A stretch of 64,000 bases of DNA from Macrostomum lignano (GCA_002269645.1 NIVC01001390.1:234052-298051), one strand, 5' to 3'. Shown: positions 1 to 11,964, counted from the stretch's first letter. Numbers and translations: made by a program. The notes: a model not told the origin generated them from the sequence alone.

Positions 1-42
1 TTTTTTCCTTGCCATTTTTTGCATCGATAGAGTGAGACAGAC

Positions 43-103
43 ATGAGAGAGAGTGAGACAGACATGAGAGAGGGTGAGACGGACAGAAGAGAAAGTGAGA
101 GAG

Positions 104-148
<45 letters not shown>

Positions 149-150
149 AA

Positions 151-222
<72 letters not shown>
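43..222. repeat. (GA)n microsatellite
   Basis: Near-pure GAGA run with a few GACA/GAAA interruptions; the RE-repeat ORFs here are artefacts. Confidence 0.95.
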
Positions 223-224
<2 letters not shown>

Positions 225-227
225 GCT

Positions 228-497
228 CTGGCGCCCCTGGTGCTGGCGCCCCTGGTGCTGGCGCCCCTGGTGCTGGCGCCCCTGGTGCTGGCGCCCCTGG
301 TGCTGGCGCCCCTGGTGCTGGCGCCCCTGGTGCTGGCGCCCCTGGTGCTGGCGCCCCTGGTGCTGGCGCCCCTGGTGCTGGCGCCCCTGGTGCTGGCGCC
401 CCTGGTGCTGGCGCCCCTGGTGCTGGCGCCCCTGGTGCTGGCGCCCCTGGTGCTGGCGCCCCTGGTGCTGGCGCCCCTGCCCCTGGTGCTAAAGCCC
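228..497. repeat. 15-bp minisatellite (GGCGCCCCTGGTGCT)n
   Basis: Perfect 15-bp tandem copies ending in the variant GGTGCTAAAGCCC. Confidence 0.95.
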
Positions 498-678
498 GTT
501 AAATAGTTCCTTCACTAGTTAATAAATAGGATATTCTCAACGACGTCACTTCAACTTGCATTGGTGACATACAGGAATCTACGAGCTACAATTGGCCCAA
601 CACTTCATGCGTTTACTCAGAGCTGCAGTCACGAATTTTTCCAAGAAAAAAAAATTTCCTTGACTTCCTTAATTGCAG

Positions 679-1127
679 CCGTGGCCTTCTTAGTTCAACG
701 CGTCGTTTTTGAACGCCGCTGGGTGAGAGTGGTTGGCACCGTTCAGCTCACCATTCGCTGCTCAATGCCGACCGATCCGTCGGATCGAAACCTCATCGGC
801 TCCTGCGACAGCCCGGCCGGATCCACCACAACTGAGTTGTACATCCGTCGACGCCACTGGGACTGCAGCTGTCCGCCGCAGTTGCAGCCCGGCTTGCCCT
901 ATCTGGTCCTGCGTCGCCTACCGAAACGAGAGCGTCGACAGCGTTTGGCGCGTAGGCGTCGTCGACGGCGAAGACGACAGTCGATGCTGCTGCGACGTGA
1001 CATTGTCTGGCCGTGGACTGTCCAACTGCAGGAGCGTCTGCAGCGGCTGGAAGCTACGGGGGGACGAGGTCGGAGAAGACAGCGACGGCGGCAGAAGAGG
1101 CGAGACAACCGCAGTGGCAGGGACTGA
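679..1127 (+). CDS. Terminal exon of a netrin-like gene (NTR/C345C domain); upstream exons lie outside the window
   Basis: Acceptor ttgcag ends at 678. The exon reads AVAFLV..W.R..GTV..LYIRRRHWDCSCP.L.PG.PYLVL..DIVWPW...L.RL, which follows the netrin C-terminal pattern (AV...W.KF.V...LW.R..D..C.CP.I..G..YLIL...V..W....RL). Stop at 1125-1127. Confidence 0.7.
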
Positions 1128-1989
1128 TGCGCTTGTACCGACTGTGAATACTCAACCAGACAGTTTAAAATGTATCATTGTGTGTGGCGTCACATTTCAT
1201 TATTAATCAATTTGCACGCTTTCCAATGCAGCTCGAAGTGAACTTCAATCAATAAATGTTCGGCAAGTTACGTCCGTCATGTGCCGTCGGTCTGCATAGC
1301 CTGTACCGTCACTTCGGGCTCTTCACCTCACGCGTAATACAAATCAGTTTTCACCAAAGTAATTTGTTATTTTGTTTAACTATTTGTTGTCCTAATTTTT
1401 GTATGCACTACTCGATACTTACAGTAGTAAACTCTGACAAAGTTTTAACAGCAAATTTCGCAACATCAATTCATCCCCTCTATCAAATAAAATTTATCAC
1501 ACTAACCATTGTTGTGTTCTGAGGAATTTTATCCCTATTCATGTACATTGTAAATAGCTAGGTTAATAGTTTACCATTGCAGCCTGTACTCTTCTGTCGT
1601 GTTTTTATTTAGATTATTAAGCAAACCTTAGTAAGCTTGTAACTGTTTCATTGACGCGATCTTGTGCTGATTATTTAGAGTTTAAGTCTGCATTGTTTGG
1701 TATAATTAAACCTAACAGAAATAAACAAAAATATGCAAGGTCAAAAAGGTTTGATTGCTTCCCTGCCATCAGACGGAAAAATAAAGTGCTTAAATTTTTG
1801 CATTTAAATATTCAAGTCAGTAGGATTCAAGGTGAACTCAGGTCTATGAGCACTTATGGTATATGAGCACTTGCGGCTGCTGGCTCTTGAGCAGATTTAC
1901 TTTTCACTCTCTTCGTCTCCCTCACCCGTCTCTCCCACTCTCCCTCTCACTCACTCTCTCCACTCCCTCCCTCCCTCCACTCTCTGCCT

Positions 1990-2530
1990 CTCGCACCCTC
2001 TCCTCTCCTTCCCCCACACCCTCCCTCTCACTCAGTCTCTCTCTTTCCCCACACCCTCCCTCTCACTCAGTCTCTCCCTTTCCTCCCACACCCTCCCTCT
2101 CACTCAGTCTCTCCCTTTCCTCCCACACCCTCCCTCTCACTCAGTCTCTCCCTTTCCCCACACCCTCCCTCTCACTCAGTCTCTCTCTTTCCCCACACCC
2201 TCCCTCTCACTCAGTCTCTCCCTTTCCTCCCACACCCTCCCTCTCACTCAGTCTCTCCCTTTCCTCCCACACCCTCCCTCTCACTCAGTCTCTCCCTTTC
2301 CCCACACCCTCCCTCTCACTCAGTCTCTCCCTTTCCTCCCACACCCTCCCTCTCACTCAGTCTCTCCCTTTCCTCCCACACCCTCCCTCTCACTCAGTCT
2401 CTCCCTTTCCTCCCACACCCTCCCTCTCACTCAGTCTCTCCCTTTCCTCCCACACCCTCCCTCTCACTCAGTCTCTCCCTTTCCTCCCACACCCTCCCTC
2501 TCACTCAGTCTCTCCCTTTCCTCCCACACC
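1990..2530. repeat. 35-37-bp C/T-rich minisatellite (CACACCCTCCCTCTCACTCAGTCTCTCCCTTTCCTCC)n
   Basis: Tandem copies read directly; the overlapping low-complexity ORFs are artefacts. Confidence 0.93.
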
Positions 2531-2880
2531 CATTCCTTAGTACACAAGTAGTCTCGTAAACTATTAGAATCAGAAACTCATTTGATTATTTTCAAGTCTG
2601 AAGAGGGTAAAAAGAGAGAAGGGATAATGAATAGGAAGAAAAAACTGTCATTTGAGAAGGATTTTCGGAGATGACGGCGGCTTTCTGATGCATCACGGTT
2701 ATCATTTTCTTGAATTTAGCTGGCGAACAAAAACAGATCAGCCATTTTACGAGTGCTATTCGCATATTTCTACTATGCAGATATCTGATAAGTAGTGTAA
2801 AAAGGGCATGAAAATGAAACGCATTTCTACTTGGGATGATAGAAAATCAATTTTGATAATTAAACTGAAGCCATCAACAA

Positions 2881-3250
2881 GTGGCTGTAGCCTATAGTGG
2901 CCCAGCCCGGCGCTCTGATGTGCCAGCGGCCCAGGCTCGATTCCAAATGCAGTCACATTAATTTGGGGCTAAATATTGGAATCTTGGCTTGGCTCTGCTC
3001 GTGCAATTAACGGCCTTGAGGGCCAACCCCCAAGGCACAGTGAAGTGTACATGCCTATCGAAAAATAAAGTTAGGGCCGCTGTACACTCCTGTGTGAGTG
3101 TGTGCCTGCGCGTATGACTGCGTACGTATCCGTGCGCCTGCTCAGGGGAGTCGGCGGAATGGGCAGTAGTGCCTCTCGCCGGTTGCGTGACAATGTCATT
3201 TAAAGTGTGACAGGTGCTAGCTCACAGCCCACCTGCCTTTAATAAAAAAC
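2881..3250 (+). mobile_element. Candidate tRNA-derived SINE-like repeat
   Basis: Degenerate B-box GGCTCGATTCC near 2935, A-rich end (aataaaaaac), and an internal box (ctcagg..agtc..ggaatgggcag..tgcct..gacaatgtca..cacagccc) shared with 21430-21700 on the minus strand. Confidence 0.35.
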
Positions 3251-4707
3251 AGCAGAGCTTACAGCAACTTAGCTTACGCTACATCACATTGTAGGTCGAA
3301 AAGACCTCCCTCCCTCTGCGATGCCGCTTGATCTCAGGACTCTGGGAGACGGCCATAAAACAGCAATTATGATAATTAAATTCCTGCCATCAGCATCCCT
3401 ATACTTGTTGGGGGGGGGGGTAGAAAAGCAATTATGAAATATGCCTCTAATGCTCCTATCTACATATTCTTCCCTGTTGCTTTTATGTGGGCCCGATTAA
3501 TCATCGGCATTGCAGTTTTTCCGTCATCTCATTAAATATGCAGTTTGAATAACTAACTAACAACTGCAATGAGTTGATACCTACCTGCCGACAGACCATT
3601 TTTAGTATATACGGATTTGATGATGGCCTCTAAAGTTAGTGAACCCAAACACGGGGCGTCGCCACCGGGGGGACAGTGGGACATGCCCCCCCCCAGTAAA
3701 ATCTGAGGGGACATGCCAATGCTTGTCCCCCACCCAACCGTGTGACTCCCCGGGCTGCCAAATAACGTTGCTCCAACAAAAGATTTTTATACTAGAGGTA
3801 AAGTACAAAATAGCCGTTGTAAAAACGTTAAAAAACGTTGGTCCACAATGAAATGTATTATACTCTAAAAGTTCCAACTCTCCCACTAACAGTACCAGCT
3901 AAAAAACATGTGCAGCAAACCTATAAAAAGTTGCGAATACGATACAAATTTAACACGAAGCTACTATACTACATTCAAGTGTCCGTCCATTTGACGGCTG
4001 TATCTCAGTAGCCTGATCGAGACATGCTAATTTTCAACATTTTTAGATTGGTCTAGTCGGTGTCTAGAGCAGAAAGAATCATGTCTCTATCTCAATCAGC
4101 ATTCGAGATATCCAAAGGCGGCGATTCCGCTAATTCTAATGCATTCTAAATGGAAAAATCATTGAAAATCAATCAGGACGACTTGCCAAGCTCTATAAGT
4201 AGTCAATCAAAGACCTGAGTAGTAATCAGAGACCTGATTTGCAGCAGTAGATGTTTAGATTGGTCTTTTGGGCCGTAAAATTATATTCTTAAAAATGAAT
4301 AACATGGAATTTTCTGGAAAACTGTTTTCGCAATTGTGAAAAATATACATGTACCAGCTACTACAATTTTTCATGAGGAAATATTCGAGGAGATACCGAA
4401 AAAATAAGATGTCAAAACGACCCACATTGTTGTGATTTATTTTATTGCTGAATTCAATGCGCTGATGCAGTAACGAGTACCTTTATAAAATTTCGCACTC
4501 CCCGCCATGGCTAATGATCGAGCTTGATGCAGGGATGATCGCTCTTTCTCCAGGGGCGTAAGGGGGGAGAAGGGGTGGAATTTTTTATTGCCTTTGTATT
4601 TGGCCGGCCTTTATTGAACTTTATTGTAACCACAAGGACAACGTACCCTTCGGTGATCCCCATTAGTGACCTGCATCGGAACCGTGGTGACCCAATTCAT
4701 GGTGGTA

Positions 4708-4928
4708 GGGTCTGTATAAAAGCTGGACACATTGGACACCCCTTATTTTAACAAAAGTCGAAACTTGTTGATGCTAATAATTCAAATATTGCCATAAGCG
4801 TATGCAAAATTGTAATAATAAAAAATATTTACACGTTTTTATAAAAACAAAGTATATTAACTAATGTTAAAATAAGGGGTGTCCAATGTGTCCAGTGTCT
4901 AATACGTGTCCGGCTTTTATTCATACCC
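4708..4928. mobile_element. 221-bp MITE, Mutator/MULE-like
   Basis: GGG...CCC termini; long imperfect inverted repeats (GGGT.TG.ATAAAAGC.GGACAC...ATTGGACACCCCTTATTTTAAC); TSD CATGGTGGTA at 4698-4707 and 4929-4938. Confidence 0.82.
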
Positions 4929-5965
4929 CATGGTGGTACTACGTACTACTTGAAGTTAGGCGGTCAAACAAAAGATATTCTTAACTGGTAGATATAGAAA
5001 CAGTAGCGCATTATATACATACTCAGCAAGAGTCAAAAGTGCCACCCCCCGCGCATATATCGTGCGTGTTAAAAATTCAACCTCCGAGTTAACGTAACTC
5101 CAACCGTGAACTGCACAATTATTTCATTATTGCTCTTCTAAGATTTTTTAAGCAAACACGAGGGCGAAAAATGTCGACTTGCGTGAAGGGTGGCACTAGC
5201 TGTTATTATAACTGTTTTGAACAATACATAAGGAGATGAACGAACTTGTGAAAACATAGTCGAAAAATAATGTAATAATTTGTCAGAAAGCTTTTGAAAT
5301 GAAAAATTATAATGTGTAATTTGTAATGTGTAATGTGTAAAACTATTAAATTAGGTAAATTTAGAAAATACGAATAAATTCAAATATCTTTAATGAATAG
5401 TTTTTTCATAATTGAAATCTGTAAAACAGATGAATTAGCTACTAAAAAGCTAAAAAAATCATTTTCAGCATTGGTACGAGTATAGTACATCTATTAAAAC
5501 CTAAATTCAAAAGCGAATAAGCACAAAACTTTATTAAAAAAAGTTTTGTTCTTATTATCAGTGCATTACGAATTTTCACAAACTTAAAAATATCAAAATA
5601 TGTGTAGATATTTAACAAAAACGTTTTTCTCTACTCGATCCATATGATGTTACCTTGAAACAAAAAATTTGTAACGCATCACAGAGCGTGCGTTTTTTTA
5701 TCAGAAACTGGACTTCAAAAAAAACAGCTATTTCCGAGGCAAACTGTCCCTAATCATCCCAATAAAACTAAAAGAACACTCTTATGGTACTTGGGTATCA
5801 TCAGGCCAAGGTGGAGGCAAGCAGGGCCCATTCTGCTGAACCTTGAGCACGCACACGGATGCCTATGCAGGCTAAATAGAAAGAATCGCACGAAAGCCTC
5901 AAGACTAATTTTTGACGAACGAGTTACAAACGAATGTGGCCGAAATCGATCGCGGGTAATTTGCC

Positions 5966-6270
5966 CTCTGATGCTGGCGCCCCTAGTGCTGGCAACCCTG
6001 GTGCTGGCGCCCCTTGGTGCTGGCGCCCCTTGGTGCTGGCGCCCCTTGGTGCTGGCGCCCCTTGGTGCTGGCGCCCCTTGGTGCTGGCGCCCCTTGGTGC
6101 TGGCGCCCCTTGGTGCTGGCGCCCCTTGGTGCTGGCGCCCCTTGGTGCTGGCGCCCCTTGGTGCTGGCGCTCCTTGGTGCTGGCGCCCCTTGGTGCTGGC
6201 GCCCCTTGGTGCTAAAGCCCCTTGGTGCTAAAGCCCCTTGGTGCTAAAGCCCCTTGGTGCTAAAGCCCCC
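5966..6270. repeat. 16-bp minisatellite (GGCGCCCCTTGGTGCT)n, same family as 228-497
   Basis: Tandem copies that switch at the 3' end to GGTGCTAAAGCCCCTT units. Confidence 0.95.
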
Positions 6271-6433
6271 GGTTCTGGAGTCCTCCGATGGCGCCTACGA
6301 GACAGCGCCGTTATTAATGGCTCCAAAATGGCACCCGAATAAAAATTCTGCCTAGGCCCAAGGTACATGTATTTTGGAGAGAGGTTAAGCGTTAGCGAAC
6401 TCGGTCCCAGCTAGGCCAAACTGGTGTACTAGT

Positions 6434-8671
6434 TCAAGCGCACGTGTCTCCCAGCCGTCTCAGCAGCACTCGACCGTGCCACTCAGCGTTAGCGCCGGCG
6501 ACCATCACGCAGCCGCCGCCGCCACTGCTGCAATAGGAGCCTCCGCCGCCGCCGCCGCTATTAGACTTTGAGCCAGCGCCGCCACCGCTGTAGCCGCCAC
6601 CGCCGCCTCCGGCGCCAAATTTGTTCGACGAGGCACAGCCGCCGCCGGCGCCTCCGCCGCCAAATCCGCCGTTGCCAGCGACGTTGGTGCAACTGATGGC
6701 GTTGCGTAAACCGCCGAGCCAGCCACCGGAACGGCTCAGACCGCCGCCTCCAGGTTGGTTGTAACCGCACTTGTTGGCCGCGCCGTTCCAACCGGCTCCG
6801 GGACCGCCGCAGGAGACAGTCATGTTTGTCACGAATTGACTGCCGAACGAACCTGCAGCGCCGTTGGTGCCGCCGGCGCCGGAGTACGTGTCGGCAGAGT
6901 TATAGGCGGATGTTCCGCTGGTGGCATTGTTGCCATCCATGCCTGGTATATTTCGTTTAATGAATGGTTTTAAAGATCAATAACGGTTAAATAGGGCTTT
7001 GACTAAACTCGGTCTAGAGGCATCAATCTAAAACTTTGCTTGATCGAGTTACGAGCGTAGATCTGTCCCTAGTAACATTTTTTAAAATTAGTCGAAGTCG
7101 CAACGGTTGCCATGCTAAAGTTTGGAATAAAAATGGACAATATACCTGGCCTTCCAAAGTTACGACTGATGTCTAGAAAGTTCTGATACATTTAATCGGA
7201 GAGCAAAAACGTAACAATGTTCAATTGGTGTACATTGTGTACACTTAGACTCTTAGGAATAAAAGTGTCAGAACTTTCCGAACACCTCTCGAACAAAAAC
7301 TGAAACTTCCTAATACTGGTTGCTGAATTTTGCGACTGTGGCGACCTTTTAAATTTCCTGATCGATGCTCTGTGTAATAAAATTTTTACCTGGGGTAAAG
7401 CCCGACATTGCGCCGCCGCCTCCGGCAACCAGGATCGGATATGTGTCGCCTTCGATGTACACGAAGCTTCCACCGCCTCCTCCGGCGCCAACTGGGAAGG
7501 AGACGACGTTCTCACCAGCTTGACCGACCACGATTTTCAGCACAGCGCCGGCTGTTAGGTTATAGTTCACGGCGGCGTAAGCTCCATAGCCGGGCCGAAC
7601 TCCCGCGTTAACAACGGTCGTGCTGCCGCCAGCTGCTCCGTAGGCCTGGATGCGGTAGCAGCCGGTACTATTGATCGTGTAGTTTTGAACGAGTCCCGAC
7701 CGGCCAGTACTTGAATCTGCAACCAGGTTAGGATGCAAAATATTAGTACATTTTAGAGTACTTCATGCTACTTCAAGACTAGAGAGTTTTCAGTCCAAAG
7801 TTGTTACCCGGGTACACAAACAAGGTAACAGCGGCAGCGGCGAGAAGGCAAGATGTCTTGCTCATTCCACTGACTACTAGAAGTTACCGTTGAATCATCT
7901 CAAATGCGACTGAAGTAATCTATATATTGAGTTGATTTTGATTGATTTTGAGTGTTCCGTCCTTCTACTTTTTTAGTCCTTGAATCAGATATGGAAAATT
8001 GTTTTAAGGCCCGAACTCCGGACGTTGGTGCACAGCGGTCACAGGCATGCATACGCTCTGTGCATTGTGAGTCAGCTCTTCAAGGTCGTGAATCGCAAAA
8101 AAATGCTCAGCAAAATTTTCACGCTCCAGCGGGCCCAAATAAATGTGCGACTTACTTTTGAAAACGACATCACTAATTGGAGCCTTCGATTTGAGCTGCG
8201 CCTCAAAGTCTTCCGCTTTCCACACGCGCACCGCGAGATCGTTGGGCGAGCCGAGCTGCCTGGTCACGTGACTGCCGTTGGGACCCGGCTGGCCCGTCGA
8301 CTCATCGTTGATAACGGCCATCTGGCAGACTTTGCTAGTGTCGTTCACGACGACGGCAACGCAGAGTTTCAAGTTGCACCAAGACAGACATTCGACATCG
8401 GATCGAAAGAAGCTGGTCTCATTCAACAGGTTGCTGCTTACCGAGTCGTCAATCACGATAGACCGGCTGTTCAAGAGTTCAAACTCGCGACCGTTCGTCA
8501 CTGAGCGAAAATCGTTGGGTAAAACCATATCGATGTGTAATAAAGAAAATGAAATGGCACTGATTCAAAGAGGCAATGAAAATATTCAGGCTAAACCCTT
8601 TCATGTACATGTAAATGTAAGTAACACTCACCTGTCGCAAGAAGCAGAATGGCAATCAATTGGTAATGCAT
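6434..8671 (-). CDS. Secreted protein: signal peptide + PAN/apple-like Cys module + ALK/LTK-type glycine-rich domain (406 aa; exons 8671-8632, 8500-8156, 7716-7390, 6942-6434)
   Basis: All three introns are GT-AG and phase 1, and splicing gives a 1221-nt open frame. N-terminus MHYQLIAILLLATVTNG; ECLSWC..CVAV.V....C.M; FKNSSTGRSG; YRIQAYGAAGG; IVVGQAG; GGGGGSFVY....PILVAGGGG; GGFGGGG; GGGGGYSGG; GGGGGSY. These match the Gly-rich (PF12810-type) domain of the ALK/LTK ectodomain. Confidence 0.78.
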
Positions 8672-9300
8672 AATCAGTAGTTAAAATGGCTTCTGAGTTT
8701 GAGCGCACTGACAGGGTAGAAGTGGGCTGCAATGCTCAAATAAATTGGGGAGCAGTTTTATGCAGGCATAGTCTCAACGTTTTGCCGATAGGAAAGCTTT
8801 TGGAGACGTCCTATTGGCTGTTGGGAAGAAATAGAAAAAAACTTTAACAATGCATCGCTACATTTGAAAGCCTTTGAAAAGCATAATTTAGACGTAACAC
8901 GTAATACTCAACTCTTCATAACGGCCCGCTAAATAATTACTCAAGGTTTCTCTAAATGTACTCACAAACATTGAAAATTGATCAAAGGCACCCCTGACTC
9001 GTCGGATGAAGTCTCCGATCCGGGCAGCTTATCCGTACATGAAGAAATGGCCAATGGGCAGAATTTCTTCAACGCATCGTACCTGGAGAAAATGGTCTGC
9101 AAGTGCCAGATTTGGAATTCATGGCAACATCTGGATTGCATCCGGACATGGTGGCACCAGCTTAACCTGACAAAAATATCTATTGGTTTATTGCACCTAT
9201 TTTTAGCTGATGAGTTGATGAACAAACTGTTTCTAATCTTTCACTAAACTACTTTGAACGTTAGTTTTTGGCAGACAAAGCAAAGAGTAAAAAGTACTTT

Positions 9301-9555
9301 TGTGGTTAACTTCATTAGCTGAACAACAGAGCGTTGGACTCACGACTGGTAGGTCGGGGGTTCGATTCTGGACTCACTCGGAACAATTTATGTCCTTGAG
9401 CAAGACACTAAAGGGGTACCAGCAATAGCTGGGGCAAGTGAGAGTGGGTGTGGCGACCCCCTAGTCGTACGCAGCCTTCAGATGCGCCGCGCAATAGCCG
9501 CGGTTGAGCTGTCGGTTGCACATCTGCCCATTAGGGCAGGTGTAATAAAAAATAT
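9301..9555 (+). mobile_element. Candidate tRNA-derived SINE with a CORE/V-like motif
   Basis: A-box-like TAGCTGAACAACAGAGC, B-box GGTTCGATTC at about 9359-9368, then TGTCCTTGAGCAAGACACT resembling CORE/V-SINE central motifs; A-rich tail. Confidence 0.4.
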
Positions 9556-9756
9556 ATAGCTTTCAATATATATGTTAAACTGTTAAGCAAAAAAGTTTTA
9601 AGAGTTTATTAGCTTGTTGACAATTAGGCTACTGCCAAAAATAATCACATTTTATAGTGACTTTAAGAAGCGCAAATATGACAAAGCATTTAAAAGTGTA
9701 AAAGGCTTAACCAAATAAAAACGGTGTCTCTATAGTTAAATCTGCGATGTTTTTCT

Positions 9757-11319
9757 TTATGAGGCTCGAGCTTCAGTGACACTCCCAACTGCATTCCCGG
9801 CACGTCCACTCTTTGAAATGCACCAAGCCAGAGTATCGAACAGCAGCTCAAGCAGTTCGCACAAAGTCAGCAGTGACATGCCCAGGTAAATTCCCATAAT
9901 GCCTCCGAGATCCGCTACAAAGTTCACCACGCCGTACTCCCTTGAGAACACCACTTTATTGCAGAGTGCGGCATTTGGCTTAAAAGCACATTCTCTCGAA
10001 TATATGAGGCGACGCTCGATGCGTTTCCTGTCATGAGAAAGTCTAACGCAGGTACACTGAGGTTACGGGTCTTGGCTTGAGCCCAGGCCTTCCTCACCGA
10101 GCTGTTGATGAAGTTGGCAAGCGAGCTTTTGGTCGGCCACGTGGCGCTGGAGATGCTCACCTTGTAGTGCAGGCTGGTGCAAGGGCGCTGCAGATGGCAG
10201 ATTTTTTTCGATATTTGCTGTCTTATCAATAAAAGCGTCAAACTGTTTCGCGACTGATTTTGACAAGCTAGGCTCGCCGGTCAAGTTGAAAGCATGGTTC
10301 TTCCCTCTCAAAGGCCACGGTAGAGGGCCGATCCCTCCGGACATGTTGAACAGTTCTTGAAGGGCTTGGTTATACAATGTGAAGTAGCAGTAGGAATAGC
10401 TGTAGGTGTGATTGTACGGGCTTTCATCGTACGGATTCACAAACTGCACAACGGATTTGTCACTGCGACACGAGAACTGGTCAGATTGGTACTCCTGCTG
10501 CAGCATCTCGATATTGACCGTGTGGTGCTTGTCCGGACCCAGGACGAACGAGCTCACGAACTCGGACTGGTATTCGCCTGGCGGCGCGAGGAGCACTCGA
10601 ATTCCGGGCTTCTGTCTGGCTCGAAGCTGTCGCGCAGCAGAAGAGACCATTCCCAGACCGAGAGCAGACTGTAGTTTGAGTACACCATGCGCTCGATCGG
10701 CTCGCCCTTGGATTCGATCTCCGATGCGTTCGAGTCGTGAAGAAGCGTTGCAGTGACGCCGGCCCAGGAGCCCGACTTCAGCACAGCGCTCTGCAAGTCT
10801 TTTTCCAACGTCCATTTGGAGCATCGAAGGTAGACTGGATGGTAGAAGCTGATTGGGCTTTTTGGAATGTAAAGAGGAGTTCCCATGTTCGAGCGAAACA
10901 CTAAACCACTTGCAATAACTGTTTGCTCTTCCCTGTGGGCCAGCGCGTCGACCATAAGCGAGTACGGAAGAGAGTGCAGATTTTCGAATTTTCTTTGTTG
11001 TATTACTCATCAGAGAGTTGATGGCTTGCGCCATTTCCTTGTCTACATTCACTGCGTAGCTGGCTGACACGGGACTTTCATGGCAGGCGTAAATATCCGG
11101 AAACTGGAACTTGACGGAGTTCGCTTCAATCGAGCTGGTTTGCGGATTGTCGATGAGTTTCTCAGTGAATCGAGCCAAGCAGTTCAAAAACAAGGCAAAC
11201 ATAAACAAGAACAATGCTAACCACGTGAGCCTGACGAATCGCGGTTTCTCGCTACTGACCGTTCTCGGCAGTCCGTGAGCACTGCTGGACTCCAGAGCTG
11301 AAAGCAACAGTTGCTTCAT
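9757..11319 (-). CDS. Intronless DEG/ENaC (amiloride-sensitive) channel with two frameshifts (about 10202-10208 and about 9955-9985); sequencing error or pseudogene
   Basis: N-terminal SSAHGLP (HG motif), TM1 LTWLALFLFMFALFL, FPDIYAC, CHLQRPC..LHY, YIRENVLL, and YGVVNFVADLGGIMGIYLGMSLLTLCELLE (pre-TM2/TM2 with GxS filter), spread over three frames. Confidence 0.87.
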
Positions 11320-11964
11320 GCTGCGAAGCTGATTTCTCTTCTAGGGGAAATCCATCTAGCTCTACAGCTTTTCAAGCTATACTTTTATGCTCGTAGCCAT
11401 CTGTCTGAAGGCCGATTGCGAACATTTATAGCTCATGCAACCCATCTAATCTCTTAATTGACTGCTCACTAGCAAAGGCTTGTGTCAATTCGGCCTAGCT
11501 AACTTCCGTTGTCTGTCTTGCAGCTTAGTGAGCTACATCAACTGACAGTTACAGACTCAGCAACATGGAAAACTGAGCACCCAAAATCGCTGATCAAATT
11601 TAGTACGTATCTGCAGATTTCCAGTGCAATTAGCACAATTCAAACCACACCACGGGCCCAATGGGGCTTTCTAGACAGCTATCACAATGAAACACTGTTT
11701 TGCAAGCGTATTTATCTGGAAAAATCACAATCAGACTTGAGTTCGTTGCTCTGCCCGTCTCTCTAGACTTTGTTTAGATTAGTATCCAGTTTGCACGGCG
11801 CACAACATCGAACAAAATTTTTTTGCACCAAAAGTTTTTTCAGCAAGATGGTGACGTTAAAAGTCTTGATTTGAATTGCGTCACTCTGAAAATCTGAAAA
11901 ATTACTAAATGAATTTTGGTATTCAATTTTCAATGTAGCCTTGTGTAGTGGGTCACAATAAAAA

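Noticed and set aside
74-506. ORFs made of RE, GAPGA and LAPLV repeats
   Set aside because: They are translations of the (GA)n and 15-bp arrays; not collagen-like or real coding sequence.
5038-5197. 10-bp inverted pair AGTGCCACCC / GGGTGGCACT
   Set aside because: Too short and no TSD found; cannot support a MITE call.
8962-9247. Short ORFs on both strands between the glycine-rich gene and the channel
   Set aside because: No recognisable motif and no consistent splice model; may be UTR or non-coding.
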